A stretch of 33,565 nt of DNA from Catajapyx aquilonaris (taxonomy: Eukaryota): the NCBI GenBank assembly GCA_000934665.2, contig KZ538232.1:62001-95565 (forward strand). The letters are read 5' to 3'. Position numbers and translations under genes: made by a program. The notes beneath the pieces were generated by a model. That model did no database searches, was not told the origin of the DNA, and saw nothing but the letters and a program-made list of their open reading frames with translations. This document shows, in pieces, positions 1 through 11,800 of this stretch (position 1 is its first letter; every line of letters begins with the position of its first letter).

Positions 1-110
1 GTAGATTGGTCAGAATGGGTGGCCAACTATGGTTCCGGAGTCAGAGCTTTCCTCTATCCAAATTCATCTTCTCAAGAGTCGAAGGAGGCCAGTCGAGTTC
101 GCATGCGAAG
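1..110 (+). CDS. Penultimate coding exon (5' end uncertain) of a probable fatty acyl-CoA reductase, C-terminal sterile/FAR_C domain
   Basis: Translates (V)DWSEWVANYGSGVRAFLYPNSSSQESKEASRVRMR(R), resembling the FAR C-terminal pattern DWxxY/WxxxYxxGxRxY/FL...ARRRMKR. Strong donor AAG|GTAAGT at 110/111, phase 2. Confidence 0.6.
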
Positions 111-470
111 GTAAGTCCCGTTGTCCATAATGCTTCCGAAGCTATTGTCAGAAGACAGATCAGGGCTCCCTCTCATTGATAAACATCAGTCTGCCTGGAA
201 CTGTCGCAGCTCAGCAGGTTTGGGAAAGCATTTCCGTTGCCATGTCTAGTCGCCAGGAGATAATTTAGAAACGCATCTGATGACTGCTGAGAAACAGGAA
301 GGTAATTGTTGCTTCAGTCCTTCCTCGGGGGCCAATTTCCACAGAGATGATGAGAGAGATGGAGTAACACATTATGACCCAATACCTCCGCTCTCGGAAT
401 CTGAAATTTATTGTTACAGGATGAAGGTTAACACGTGCTCGAGCCTCACATTTCCGTGTTCTCGTTACAG

Positions 471-561
471 ACTCCTCTGGTGCAACTGCGGGGGATTTCT
501 GGCCGTGGTATTGCTCTTGGCTGTGGGCCTTTTCCTTCTGATCGCCTATCTCTACGCATGA
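471..561 (+). CDS. Last coding exon of the probable fatty acyl-CoA reductase (hydrophobic C-terminal membrane anchor)
   Basis: Acceptor TTCTCGTTACAG|A is phase-compatible with the upstream exon. Gives (R)LLWCNCGGFLAVVLLLAVGLFLLIAYLYA*, with AATAAA at 575-580. An alternative in-frame acceptor exists at 419/420. Confidence 0.6.
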
Positions 562-1650
562 CTACAGAAAACAGAATAAATGACGTCTGACTACGTCACT
601 CAGGTGTAATTCCAGGCCTGCTGCTTTTCACCTGTGCCAACCTGTGCGTGACGTGGCCACAGGTGATAAGCCAACTCCCCCACTTCTGTATCATGTTGCC
701 ACTTCTATACAAATATAAATATAGCTTTTTTTGAGTGTGAACCAAGACAGTGGGGTATCTTTTCAGTGTATTCCTGACATTATAGGCTATGCTTGTTCAG
801 TATAGTGTTGAGTGACTGTTATGTATCTGTAGTTGTGACCAATGCAAATATGACAAGTTGCCCGTGCATTCTTTCAGTTTTCCTTCCAAATGCTTGGATT
901 TGGGCCATTCATGGAACAATGTCTGGTAATGAAGTGCTTAAATGCGACTTTCAAGGTGAGCATCAAATTTTCAGCCCGGCCTTGAACTGGAAGTGGCAGG
1001 ACAAGGCTGCTATAACATTTACTGTTTCAAATCAGAAATTCTCTTACGGTACTTTTACTGTGCAAACATATCAGGCGTGTTTAATAAGTGTGAAACATGA
1101 CGTATGCACCGCCAGAGAGAACATGTTGTCGACCTATAACTGCACTAGGAATCAACACTTTCATACAGGCCATGTCATCACAGGTATCACATTGACAAAA
1201 GGGGATTGTTATACTGTAGGGCTCCGTTTAATCTTGTGGGGATTATCCTAAGTAAACAGACGTGTCCACGTGTGTGGAAAAAATGGCCGGAGCTCAGTCA
1301 CACGCTACGACTCGGGCTGAGACAACGTACGAAATTTTCGCCATTTTGGAAATCCCTTGGCGGAAATGAAGGTTGTCTCTCAAGCAGAAAAGGTAAGGGG
1401 GGCTTTAGATGTGCTGGGAAAGAAGGGGGGGAGAAAAGTGAGCAAAATGCGAGTTTCGCTTGGGTGCATTAACCTCTTTGCTGTCTCGGTTTTTCTTTAT
1501 AAGCTGTGTAATATATACAATCCCCCGCCCAATTAAAGGAGCCTTTATCAATACGAATGCGGGCTGTTGTTTGCATCAGATAGGGGCATCTATGCAAAGA
1601 GATATGAAGTGGGATTTATTGGAAAGGTTGGGATGATTAAAAACCAGTCC

Positions 1651-2080
1651 GGTGTTGCCACGTCGTCAGAATACCTGGTTCGCAATAATCTGACCGAGTT
1701 TTTTCCTTTTAAAAAAAAATCCGCGGGCACAGCACCATAAAAGGCAACAGTGGCTACTGAACTTATTTTTACAAACCGGTCTTGCATACGACCTTGACTT
1801 GCGCTTTTACTGTGATTCAAACCTAATACAATAATGGTATTGATAAAAATAACCCGGCCTTCCCATTGCACAAGAACATATGGGGGGAATAAAGGGAGTT
1901 TCTCCTACCGAAAAAAATAAGCAATACAGCGTGAATTTACTGTAATCCCTCTTTTTTTCATAATAATGCGGAAGCCCCCAGGCAATTATGCGAAAGTGAA
2001 ACAGTTTTTTTTGTCCTCTTTCCTGTCCCTATCAATACCCGGCGGTCAGATTAGGCGAAAGTTATAAAATTGGCAACATG
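1651..2080. mobile_element. Degenerate MITE-like inverted-repeat element
   Basis: GTTGCCA...TTCGCAATAATCTGACCG (1654-1696) versus CGGTCAGATTAGGCGAA...TGGCAAC (2043-2077); no clear TSD. Confidence 0.35.
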
Positions 2081-2748
2081 TTACAAATCTAGTGTTTCAT
2101 TCCTGCGTTCAAGTCGCCCACAAAAAAAATTTAAGTAAAAAAAAATATACGGTCAGAATCCATGTCGCTTTACTGAAGAGCAGCACCTGAGAGACACCTG
2201 TTGGAGCAGTCCCATCCTCTCCCCCGGTTGTGCCCCTGCCCCCTCCACCTCATACCCCCCCACACCTATTATACCTGAGCAACCCCCCTGAACCCCCCTC
2301 CTCGCTAACCCCCCTTAACCATTGGCGGATGGCCTCCAAACAGGTCTGGTACACCTTTGCGCAAATAAACACGCGCACCACATTGGCACGCAACCATCCA
2401 GACCCCGAAGCACCACTGTGGACAACCAGATACTCTCACCTCCGGATGCAACCGGTTTTAATCATGAGCCTAATCCTTACCGGCACCCCTGAGGGCATTT
2501 GACTAGACCGGTGGGCACCAGCTTTTGGTCAGGATTGTCTCTACCTGCGCTACAGGTGAGTGCCGGCCAGGAGCAGCCAATCAGAAGGGGTCTCTAGTTT
2601 TGGCCAACTCACAGCAGCAGTCCGTACACAGCTTCCAGTCGTCAACACGGCCGGGTCTCGCTTCGGACGTGTATTGTGCCCAACCTGGGGGGAGGGGGGG
2701 TGTCAGTGCGCGTGTAAGACGCTCGTGTGAGTGCGTGTGATTGGGGAT

Positions 2749-2880
2749 ATGACAATGGTGGAGCAAGTGCTGTGCGCTGTGTCGGTGGCCACCGGTGGCG
2801 TCGGAGGATCTGGGTTGGGATCCGACGAAGAGGAGCTGGTGCTGCTGGCCTTTGCTGCGTTGGACGCCGTCAGCAATGAG
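2749..2880 (+). CDS. fus: fus/ESRP coding exon 1 (start of DnaQ-like domain)
   Basis: [44 protein letters not shown]; donor GAG|GTACGT; phase 0. Confidence 0.9.
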
Positions 2881-5800
2881 GTACGTCAGTTTGATGCTAA
2901 AACTAGTTTTTTTTGTTCTTTAAGGGTGGGAGGGGCGTGCCCTTGAGACCCACGCATTCCGGGGAAACTGTGACGTCGACAGTGTCGCCACGTCAGCTAT
3001 GTTGTACCGCCAGACAATTCGTCAATTACTGGCAGATACAGTATGCTAGAATATGTGAAAGGAGCCACGTTGCCAGTTGGCATCCATGGATGGATAGACT
3101 CAACCCAACCCCGACGGGTCAATGGTCCCAACAACCCTCCCTCAACTACGCTCCTTGCTGGGCCCTCCCTACAGACTCTTCTTTTCTGCTGCTTCTTGTC
3201 CCAGTGGACACTCCCAGGCCATCGTATATTCGCTTATGGAATTGGTCTGGCCAGAGTCAACCACCTCTTTGCAAACCCACCACGTCATGCTCCCAAATGA
3301 CGGCCCTTTCCTTTCACGGTACACTGGCGGGGGTGGCCAAACTTTCGCTTTTCAGACCAGACTTGGAGAGACCTTTTATCATTAAATTGTGGTTCGACTC
3401 AAATTGCATCGGTGCTGATTGCAATTTTAGCAAACGGTAATTAAAATGCCGCGTGAATTCCTGCCAGGTATACCAGAATGTTGAACCGGTTCAATAGCAC
3501 TTTGACCTCTGGTGGGAATGGCCCGGCCTCCGAGTGCTGACGGAGTCAAAACTACGTCATTATTAACATATCCAATGTCGGTAGAACTGATGCGCAATTT
3601 TTGTCACATGCCTACAGGATGCGTTACGTCCGGAGAGGATGCACATATACTGTTATAATTAGTACGTTTTTAACAAGTTGGCTTAAGTACCACTGAAACA
3701 GAGTGAAACGGGATTCTTAACACCAATTCAGGATGAATTTCAGCACGTGCCAAGTTGGTTGTAAAAGTAGGCCCTGTTGTTGGCGAATTTAACTGAAAAT
3801 GTAAATGTATTTGATGCCAACATATGTTTCGGATGGATTCAAAATGGAACATCTGAGGCTTGGAGAGACCTTGCGCAAGGTCGCTGTAGTGACCTTCACT
3901 TGTAAGCAATCCCCGATCACTCCACGTAACTGAAAAAGTAATCCAGTAATAGACACCCCCCCAGTATACCTTCGTGAGTTTCAACAAACTTTGCAACATT
4001 CCCCCCATACGCGTATGAGAACAATTAAGATTTCATAATACACGATGACGCTGCTTTTGCGCTACCGACGGACTGTGAGAATTTCGTGTGATTTGCTACC
4101 TTCAAATAACAAGCCCTTTTGAAAGCTACCATTTTTTTTATTACATTAATTCCGAGTTTTTCCTCAAGCAATGTACTTTTCAATGCCAAATGTACCGAGG
4201 ACCGCGTCATTATAAAATGGCGTTGCGTCTGGCAGTAGTTCAGATGCTCTATTTTGCAGCTGCAAACCAACGCTCTAGTTCCGGATTTCATGAATGGGAT
4301 ACGTGGGAGATTCTAAAAACCATATGTTACGCGCATCAGAAGCAGGAAGGGGTGAAAGCGACACGACGGTGCAGGATGCGGGCCTTGTGTGTATAACTGG
4401 CGCACTGCAAAATAAAGCCATGGGAAGGATTTCCCATCCAAGATGGTGGATCAAAATGGGGGGGTATATAAAAAAAACTACGAAGCAATACAAATGTGTC
4501 CTTGAATAGCCATATACAAAACAACGGCTTTTTAATTCAGTATTTTCAAGTGGTCGGGAGAGCTGAAGGCGCGCAGCGCACACAAGCTTATCAATTGTAA
4601 TTAGATTAAGATACGGCGACTGCTATGGGCAGAAAGCAGATTAAGCATATACATGTTTGCACGCCTGGTTTGATGCATTGTTACGTCAGTTAGTCATTGT
4701 GTTAACACCTGGTACTTGAATACGAAACGTAACAGCTGTAGTGCTGTAACGCTAGTAAAATGTTCCGAGTATCATTGCCCTCAACTAATACAACACTTCA
4801 GTAAATTCTTGTTCAGGGAAATGTTTGTTGTCAGTATTGCAGGCGGTACTGCAGGGGTTGTATAAGCAGGTGTGAAAGGGTGGAGACATTTAATTGCCTC
4901 ACTCATATGTGTGAAGGGGGGGATAAGCTTGTCTTACCACAAAGACACATTTTCTCTAGCAATAAAATAAACTACTGAGCTATATGACCGCAATCCAGAG
5001 GGACGTTGCCTGTCATACGGTATACTGGCGCATTCCAAGAATGCAGATAGCAAGAAATAGGGCAACATATAGCCGTGATTTGAATTTATGAAGAAGCTAG
5101 GACTTCAGGCAGTAATTTAAGGTACAGTTACAAACGTTAATATTATTTATATACTTCCCCTAATTATCCAAACTGACACTGCAGCTGGTGCCTAAATTTG
5201 TCACCTTATAATCTCTCATCATCTGTCGCGTGACTTATACCCGAAAATTTCTTGCTGTCCTAAAGCGCATGCACCTGTATTAAAAACCATAATTTAAACA
5301 GTGTTAAATTATATCTGAAAGGTTTTAAGTCTCTCAAATTAATGTCCGTAAATCATAAATCCGGTATTCAGGAAGTTTTCCGCATTCGTATGCTGCAGTC
5401 GCTTGCGTGCGACAGACAAAACCAAAGGCGCATTTACTTGCAGTATGAATTTTTCAAAATCGGCACGAATGTGAGAATATACCAAGGCATGAAATTTAAT
5501 AGTGATTTTCTTATCAGCGGCTTTTTTAAAAACTCACCCCGTCGAAACATCAACATTGCCACTCTGTTATCTAATCAACATCCTAAAAGCACTTCTAAGG
5601 GAGAAAAAAAAAATCTATTGAAGGATCCATGAAGAAAATGTAAATAGGGGTTTGCGATAGCCGACTAAATTAAGCCGATTTGTGGTTAGCAGTGGTTAAA
5701 GTGAAAGTGGTCAGATTGGATGAGTTTGGACAGCAGATGAATAAGAGAAGACACGGAGGAGCCATTGTGAAGGCTATCTTTTGAACGCAACCAGACCCAA

Positions 5801-8800
5801 CATCCACTTCCTTGGGCCGTCCGTCCGTCGCTTTCTTGCAAACCAGTTTCAAAGTTTGCTATGCAAGCAACTAGAGAGGCCTTTTTTGGGGTCCAATAAC
5901 ATATTCAGCCTAAAGTGCAATGTGGATACATGAACGGGTTTGCGGCAGATTTATTACTGGTCCGGCAATGTAGGCTACGAGTCATCCAACTTGTGTGAAA
6001 AGGAAACCGAAAGTGATTGGAAAGTGTCGCCAATTTTGGGCGTAAGACGTAGCAAAGGAAGGTGATGCAATATATCGCTTTTTTTTGTAGTTGAGGAATG
6101 GGGAGCATGAAGAGGCGGAAGTAGAACAAGGGGAGTTACAGCTTTAAAAATCACGCGAAGGGCGTGTGCTGTTGATTATGGCTGCTGGCTTTCCCGAGCA
6201 ATGTCGACTTTGCAGGGTTAAGTCAATCCGCCATCTTTTTCCGAATCCCGAAACTGGCTTGTAGATAAGACCCCGATAGAGAAAACCGCCCGAACAGGTA
6301 TGGAGGCTGCAAGATCTGCTTTCTGGACAACTGCCTTGGCTTCTCAAGAGGTCCGCGTGCCTTGCCTCACAATATGTGTGGGGCCTCTCATTACGAAAAG
6401 AGAGAGTCAGGTGCGGGCATTGTTGTCGACAGGGGAGCCAACAGGTCTTGTTCCACTTGCACGTCGCGTGATGGGTATCGCGGGTCACGAGAAAATGAGA
6501 GAATAATATTTAAAAATATGCGTGGCCTGGTTTTTTGGGGTCTCGTCCCATGTCGTGATGGGACGACGGAAGCTTGAGTAGCTTCCTCTACGTTTTGAAC
6601 TTGTCACTGACAGCATGCGATCTACAACAATGCTCTTTGACGGATTACAGGTGACGCTTGTGGAGAGACACCTCGTCAAACCTCGGACGGCGGACATCAA
6701 CGAGAACATACTCTCTGAAGAATGCCGGACTGATTTTGGACTCACTGAGGACCAGGTCAAATCTGGAAAATCTCTGGAGGAGGTCATTGAGGAGGTGAGA
6801 TTATTTTTATGCGCGTCCGTCAACTCGGTTGTTCCCACACCCTGACAGTGCCATTGTCCTATCCAAACACGACTCATTATGATGCGACGGGTGCGTTGCG
6901 CTGTAACACGTTGTGGCCGGAACGAGTGTCGCTTCCTGACTACAGATGGTCTTGGAAGTGGTCATTTGCTAGCCACAATCAGTTTGGCCTTTGATCCCGT
7001 CGTATCAGACTCATTTAGCACCCGATGACCTTCAGGATTGACCGTCGTCAGGAGTGTAGTTGCATGCGATGCTCAGGAAATGGGCCTGATAAACCGTGGT
7101 TCGTCGATGTAATTTTCTCACGCAATGTCCTATTGTTTTGACAGTTCGACCAAACTGTGATGGGCCAGCTCGGGGGCCGAATCCCGGTCCTGGTGGCCGA
7201 CGGCCAGCTTCCTCTGAGGCAGTGTCTTCACCCAGAGGCCTGCAACAAAGCCATCGCACTGCCACCTTACTACAATTCCTTCTTTGATCTCCGGAAGGAG
7301 TTCGAATCTCACTATCACTGCACAGATATTATGTCTCTTGCAGACATGCTCAATTGTATCCTTTTGATGTAGCACGTTTGCTGACTCGACAGGAAATGAC
7401 AGGTGTGATGTGCTTCCTAGCATAACGCTATGACATGAAAATAAATAGTCTGGATTTAATGTTTTTCCCTTAACGTGATGTGATGATCAGACGCAGGACT
7501 TGAAGCGGATCAATCTCCAGATTGCTCAGTCAGGCATCTTCAAGACATGGTCAAAATCATCCAGAGGTTGATATTAGATGGTAAGTTTCATAGGATCATT
7601 TTGCCTCTATGGATTGTGAAAACATGTAATAATTTCAGGGCACAAGTTTGAGGACCCAGAAGCGATCCACCAACAGTTAGAACCAGGAATCTGGTAAGTT
7701 AGGTAATAGCCATTGAATCAGGTTTTGGTAAAACCAAATATGGAACTCGTTCCAGCTCCAAGAATGAAGAGGTGGACAACAACTGTGTGGTGAGGGCGAG
7801 AGGGCTTCCGTGGCAGTCGTCAGACCAGGACATAGCGAAGTTCTTCCGGGGTCTCAATGTGGCCAAGTGAGTTTTTATTCACCTGCACTTGCCTTTCTGA
7901 AACGCGCGCATGTTGCCAAGTGTGATGTAATGCTAGGCTTTTGCGAAGGCGTTTGCGGAGGTTCTTATCCTCTGGGGGTGCAGGGAGGACACTTATCCTT
8001 GACGGACAGAATTGTTCGGAGTGGATATGGCTGTATCAGTAGTTTTCGAGTACGATTCTGACCTTTTGCAGCCTGACGATGCCATAATTGGCTTGTAGTA
8101 TTACGTGGCTCTTTGAATAAGATATCGTGTTGAGAAGTGATAGGTACTCCAGATATGTGTACATCAGTATGTTGTGTCGTGAATACTCGGCATAAGCGAG
8201 CAAATATTTTTTCCCCCTTAAACCAACTTGTATCAAGCTGTCAAATCGCGATGCATCTACAAATATCCAAACTTATCAGGAGCAGTGTATGCAGTAATAC
8301 GTTTTGAATCATATTGCAAGAATTCGGCTTGTCACAATTCCCCGATCAGAATTTGTTGACTGGCCAGGAATGTCAGAGGAACTTGGAGCTATGCACATGG
8401 CTGCACCGAAAGGAACCAGACGTCACAATCAGAGGATAACTATGCTGAGGAATGAATAGGGGGGGAGTCAGTAATGTTGTTTTGCAATGCGCGCTAAGTG
8501 CCAGTCGCCTCCAGAAGAATGCGCCTGGAAGGCAAAACAATGGTACGCGAAGTAGGGGACCACAGGCTGCTGTCCTCTTGCTAGTCACTCACAACTAACT
8601 TCCCCGACTGGTCACACATCGAGTCCAAAGTCCACCTTGGTCAAGCATATATCCCGCCCGCCTTCCGAGTAATCCGATGCAGAGGCCTTGGAGACACGGC
8701 CGACAATACGGCAGGTACAAGCAGTGCGAATTTTTGTTCAGTTGTGTGTCCTGCAGGGTGACCGTATCGGCACGACATCCATCAACACAAATAGTGCTCG

Positions 8801-11800
8801 TGGATAGATTAGTGGTGGAAGTGGATGAGTTTGCCCCTTTGACGTCACTAGATTAGGAAGGGCCACAGGTCAGTCTGTTGCCCGATAGTGTTGGTTCCCG
8901 CTGGCTCCTTCATAGCCGGGTTCAAAATATATGGGGCCGACTAATGACAAGAGTGTCCCGCCGTATAGGTAGCATGTCAGCTGGCGACAGGCTGGCGCTT
9001 GAGTACCGGCGGCGGGACGATGCCAAAATTGATGCTTTAGTTTCCAGCAGCGTACGTTGTTGACATTTTAACTGTTTTCCCATGTGTGTTTGGCAAACGC
9101 AGAGGTGGGGTGGCCCTGTGCTTGAGTCCTCAAGGAAGGAGAAATGGCGAGGCTTTGGTCCGGTTCGTGAGCCAGGAGCACCGGGACATGGCGCTCAAGA
9201 GGCACAAGCACCACCTTGGCACCCGGTACATCGAGGTCTACAAGGCAACCGGGGAAGACTTCATCAACGTGGCTGGAGGTCAGTTGATGTTTGCTTTTCA
9301 ATGGTATTTTTCGAATATTTCTGTTCGGAACGGTGACCTGGTTCTGGCTCCAGGAAAAGTGTCGCGCCCAAGTTTTGGTCGAAAGGTTGGGATTGTGGGC
9401 TTCAACTAGACCTTTTGACCCGAGGCGAGGGGTTGAAGATTAGGTTGGTAGAGGAGGAGAAGGAGGCGCAGGAGGGGGGNNNNNNNNNNNNNNNNNNNNN
9501 NNNNNNNNNNNNNNNNNNNNNNNNNNNNNNNNNNNNNNNNNNNNNNNNNNNNNNNNNNNNNGGAGGAAGGGGGGGGGGGTTCTTTTTTAATACAAATAAT
9601 TCGGGGTCAGTCACAGGTGTATGTTGGGCAAGGCGTGGAAAAGAGGCTGAGGTTCCTTGACCACGGGTTTTATCTCGGTCTCGCTCCGTCTGGTCGACTT
9701 TCGTGAGGTTACTGACTTTTCGATGGTAATGTTCGAGACGGGGCTCCGGTTTCATGATCTCAGAGATTTTCCGACGGCCATGTTGTCGTCTCCGATCCCG
9801 AACGTATCGGTTCTTACGTAAGATTGATCTGGAAACATCTTGCTCGTGTTTGTATTTTTAAAAATGGAGGCGGACCACCATGGAGTCAGTCAGGGTCAGG
9901 CCAACAATATTTGAATTTCACCCGGTGAATCACGGGGCAACCTCTCACGTGTCGTGTGATATTTATAAAAGGGGTCGTGACACTGAGGACCCGGTAGAGT
10001 TGCGTCACTTTTGAGTGTGCTTGATCCTTCTATTAGGATTTAAAATCCAGAGCATGTGAGCGATAGAAAGTGTGCCGTGTCATTGTCACGCAGTGTTTAT
10101 CACCGTGGGTTTTTGGGACGAAAAATTCCACCAGAAACTGAACGGCGGCCACGTCACGTGCCTGGAAAAGCCCGTCACTCTTGATATCAAGTTTCTGCAC
10201 AATTATTTCCATTATCTTAATTGCGCATTGTTCCGGCAGACTCCCACAATACATACCGGGCATTTTTTTTTTTTTTGCTCCTCGTGGCGCATTGTTTCTG
10301 GGCAGCTACTCAGATTTCTTTTTGCTATCGTCGTTCCAGCCATTACTTACAAAGCGGGTAATAACACACTGCGTGGCTAGTACAATATGGTATGGCAACG
10401 TCCACATTCGCTGCATGTGATAAAAAGCTATGTGTGCCCGTTTGACGGCAGTACCTGAGAAATCTACTGGAAATTGTTATCAGATGAGTGTATAGTATAT
10501 TCAAGAATGTCTCATCATGGTGTTGTTTCGAATCCTAGTTTTACTCTGCATTTCCCCGTCGCTGTATTTTATTTGTAAAATCTTATAGCTTACAATGATG
10601 CCTGTGTTCGAGTTGATGGAACTACATAATTATTATACAATTGGATTTGCATTCACGATGTTCTCACATCAGTAGCATTGGATGCACCAGGTTTAATCCA
10701 CCAGTTATGTTATCCCCTGAATCCCGAATCGATTCTTCAAAATGAGATACAGAATACTGCATTATTTGATCAGGTTCTTATCGTGGAGTGATAGAAACCA
10801 GTGAGTGTTGAGCAGAAGTTAGGGACGTGTCACTTGATGATTATTTGCTGGCAGTAGAGAGTAAACAACTCGACGAAGCAAGGAATAGTTATGGACGTTG
10901 CACGAGCATATGGAAAATGCATCGTCAGCCCCCCCCCCCCCCCCTCGGGCGTAATGAAGAACGTGGCGCGATATGCACGGTATACATCGTAAATCCATCG
11001 GACACCTTGAAACAATATGAAAAACATTATATTCTATGAATGTAGAGAATTAGTAAGGTAATAACTAATAAGTAATTATTATGTTCGTAATCTTGGGCTA
11101 TGCTGTTGGATGACCTGCACAAAGTACTGTATAAAACCAATTTACTCTATGCAGCCGGAATGAGCAGAGTAAAATATTTATCCGTACCCTAGTTAAGTCT
11201 AACTTATTTCACTGAAAGAGTTTTTCTCATTATCTCCTATCGCATTTTGTAAGACTGGTTTCCAGGGGGTTTGGCTTCTCAACAAAAGTTTGCTCAAGGG
11301 GGTAATCACTTGGCTGAAAAGTGTACACTGGAGTACCAAATTCAAGGAGTACCAACAAGGAGTAATAAAGAGTGAGGTACCTGAGGAGTACCAGGGAGTA
11401 CCACTCGCAGGTGTACACCGGAGTACCGAAGTGGTTACCCCCTTGAGTTTGCTACACCAAAGTACAATTAATTCATTATCATGATTTCTTGGATTTGTAT
11501 CGGCCTTTAGAATTACCCTTAAGGGGCTACATGTCGGCGTTTCTTGTCACCACAACAATGAGTTATATAGTATTTAGTTGCAGCATCATGTGGATAGGTT
11601 TTCAGGACAAATCCTTTCAGGAGGGGAAAAGTACTGTATCACTACCTGTATAGCCAGGTATCCATGTATGACATTGTCACAGCAGAGCAATTTTCCCAGG
11701 GTTGCATTTTTTCAATGTAAAAGTTCATGCGAAAGTTGGTGTTAATGCCAAGTCATGGCCATGTTTCCAAATTCAATTATTACAGTATTTCCTGCAAATA

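Noticed and set aside
2551..2562. CAG|GTGAGT as donor of an upstream non-coding fus exon
   Set aside because: Good donor match, but no clear acceptor before the ATG, and it lies upstream of the CCAAT box; not supportable without transcripts.
793..6600. Assorted 60-175 aa ORFs in the intergenic region and fus intron 1
   Set aside because: No recognisable domains or splice-consistent structure; many start at non-ATG codons.
11329..11430. CRISPR-like short repeat array
   Set aside because: 8-bp units with irregular short spacing inside a TIR element, in a eukaryotic intron with no cas genes.
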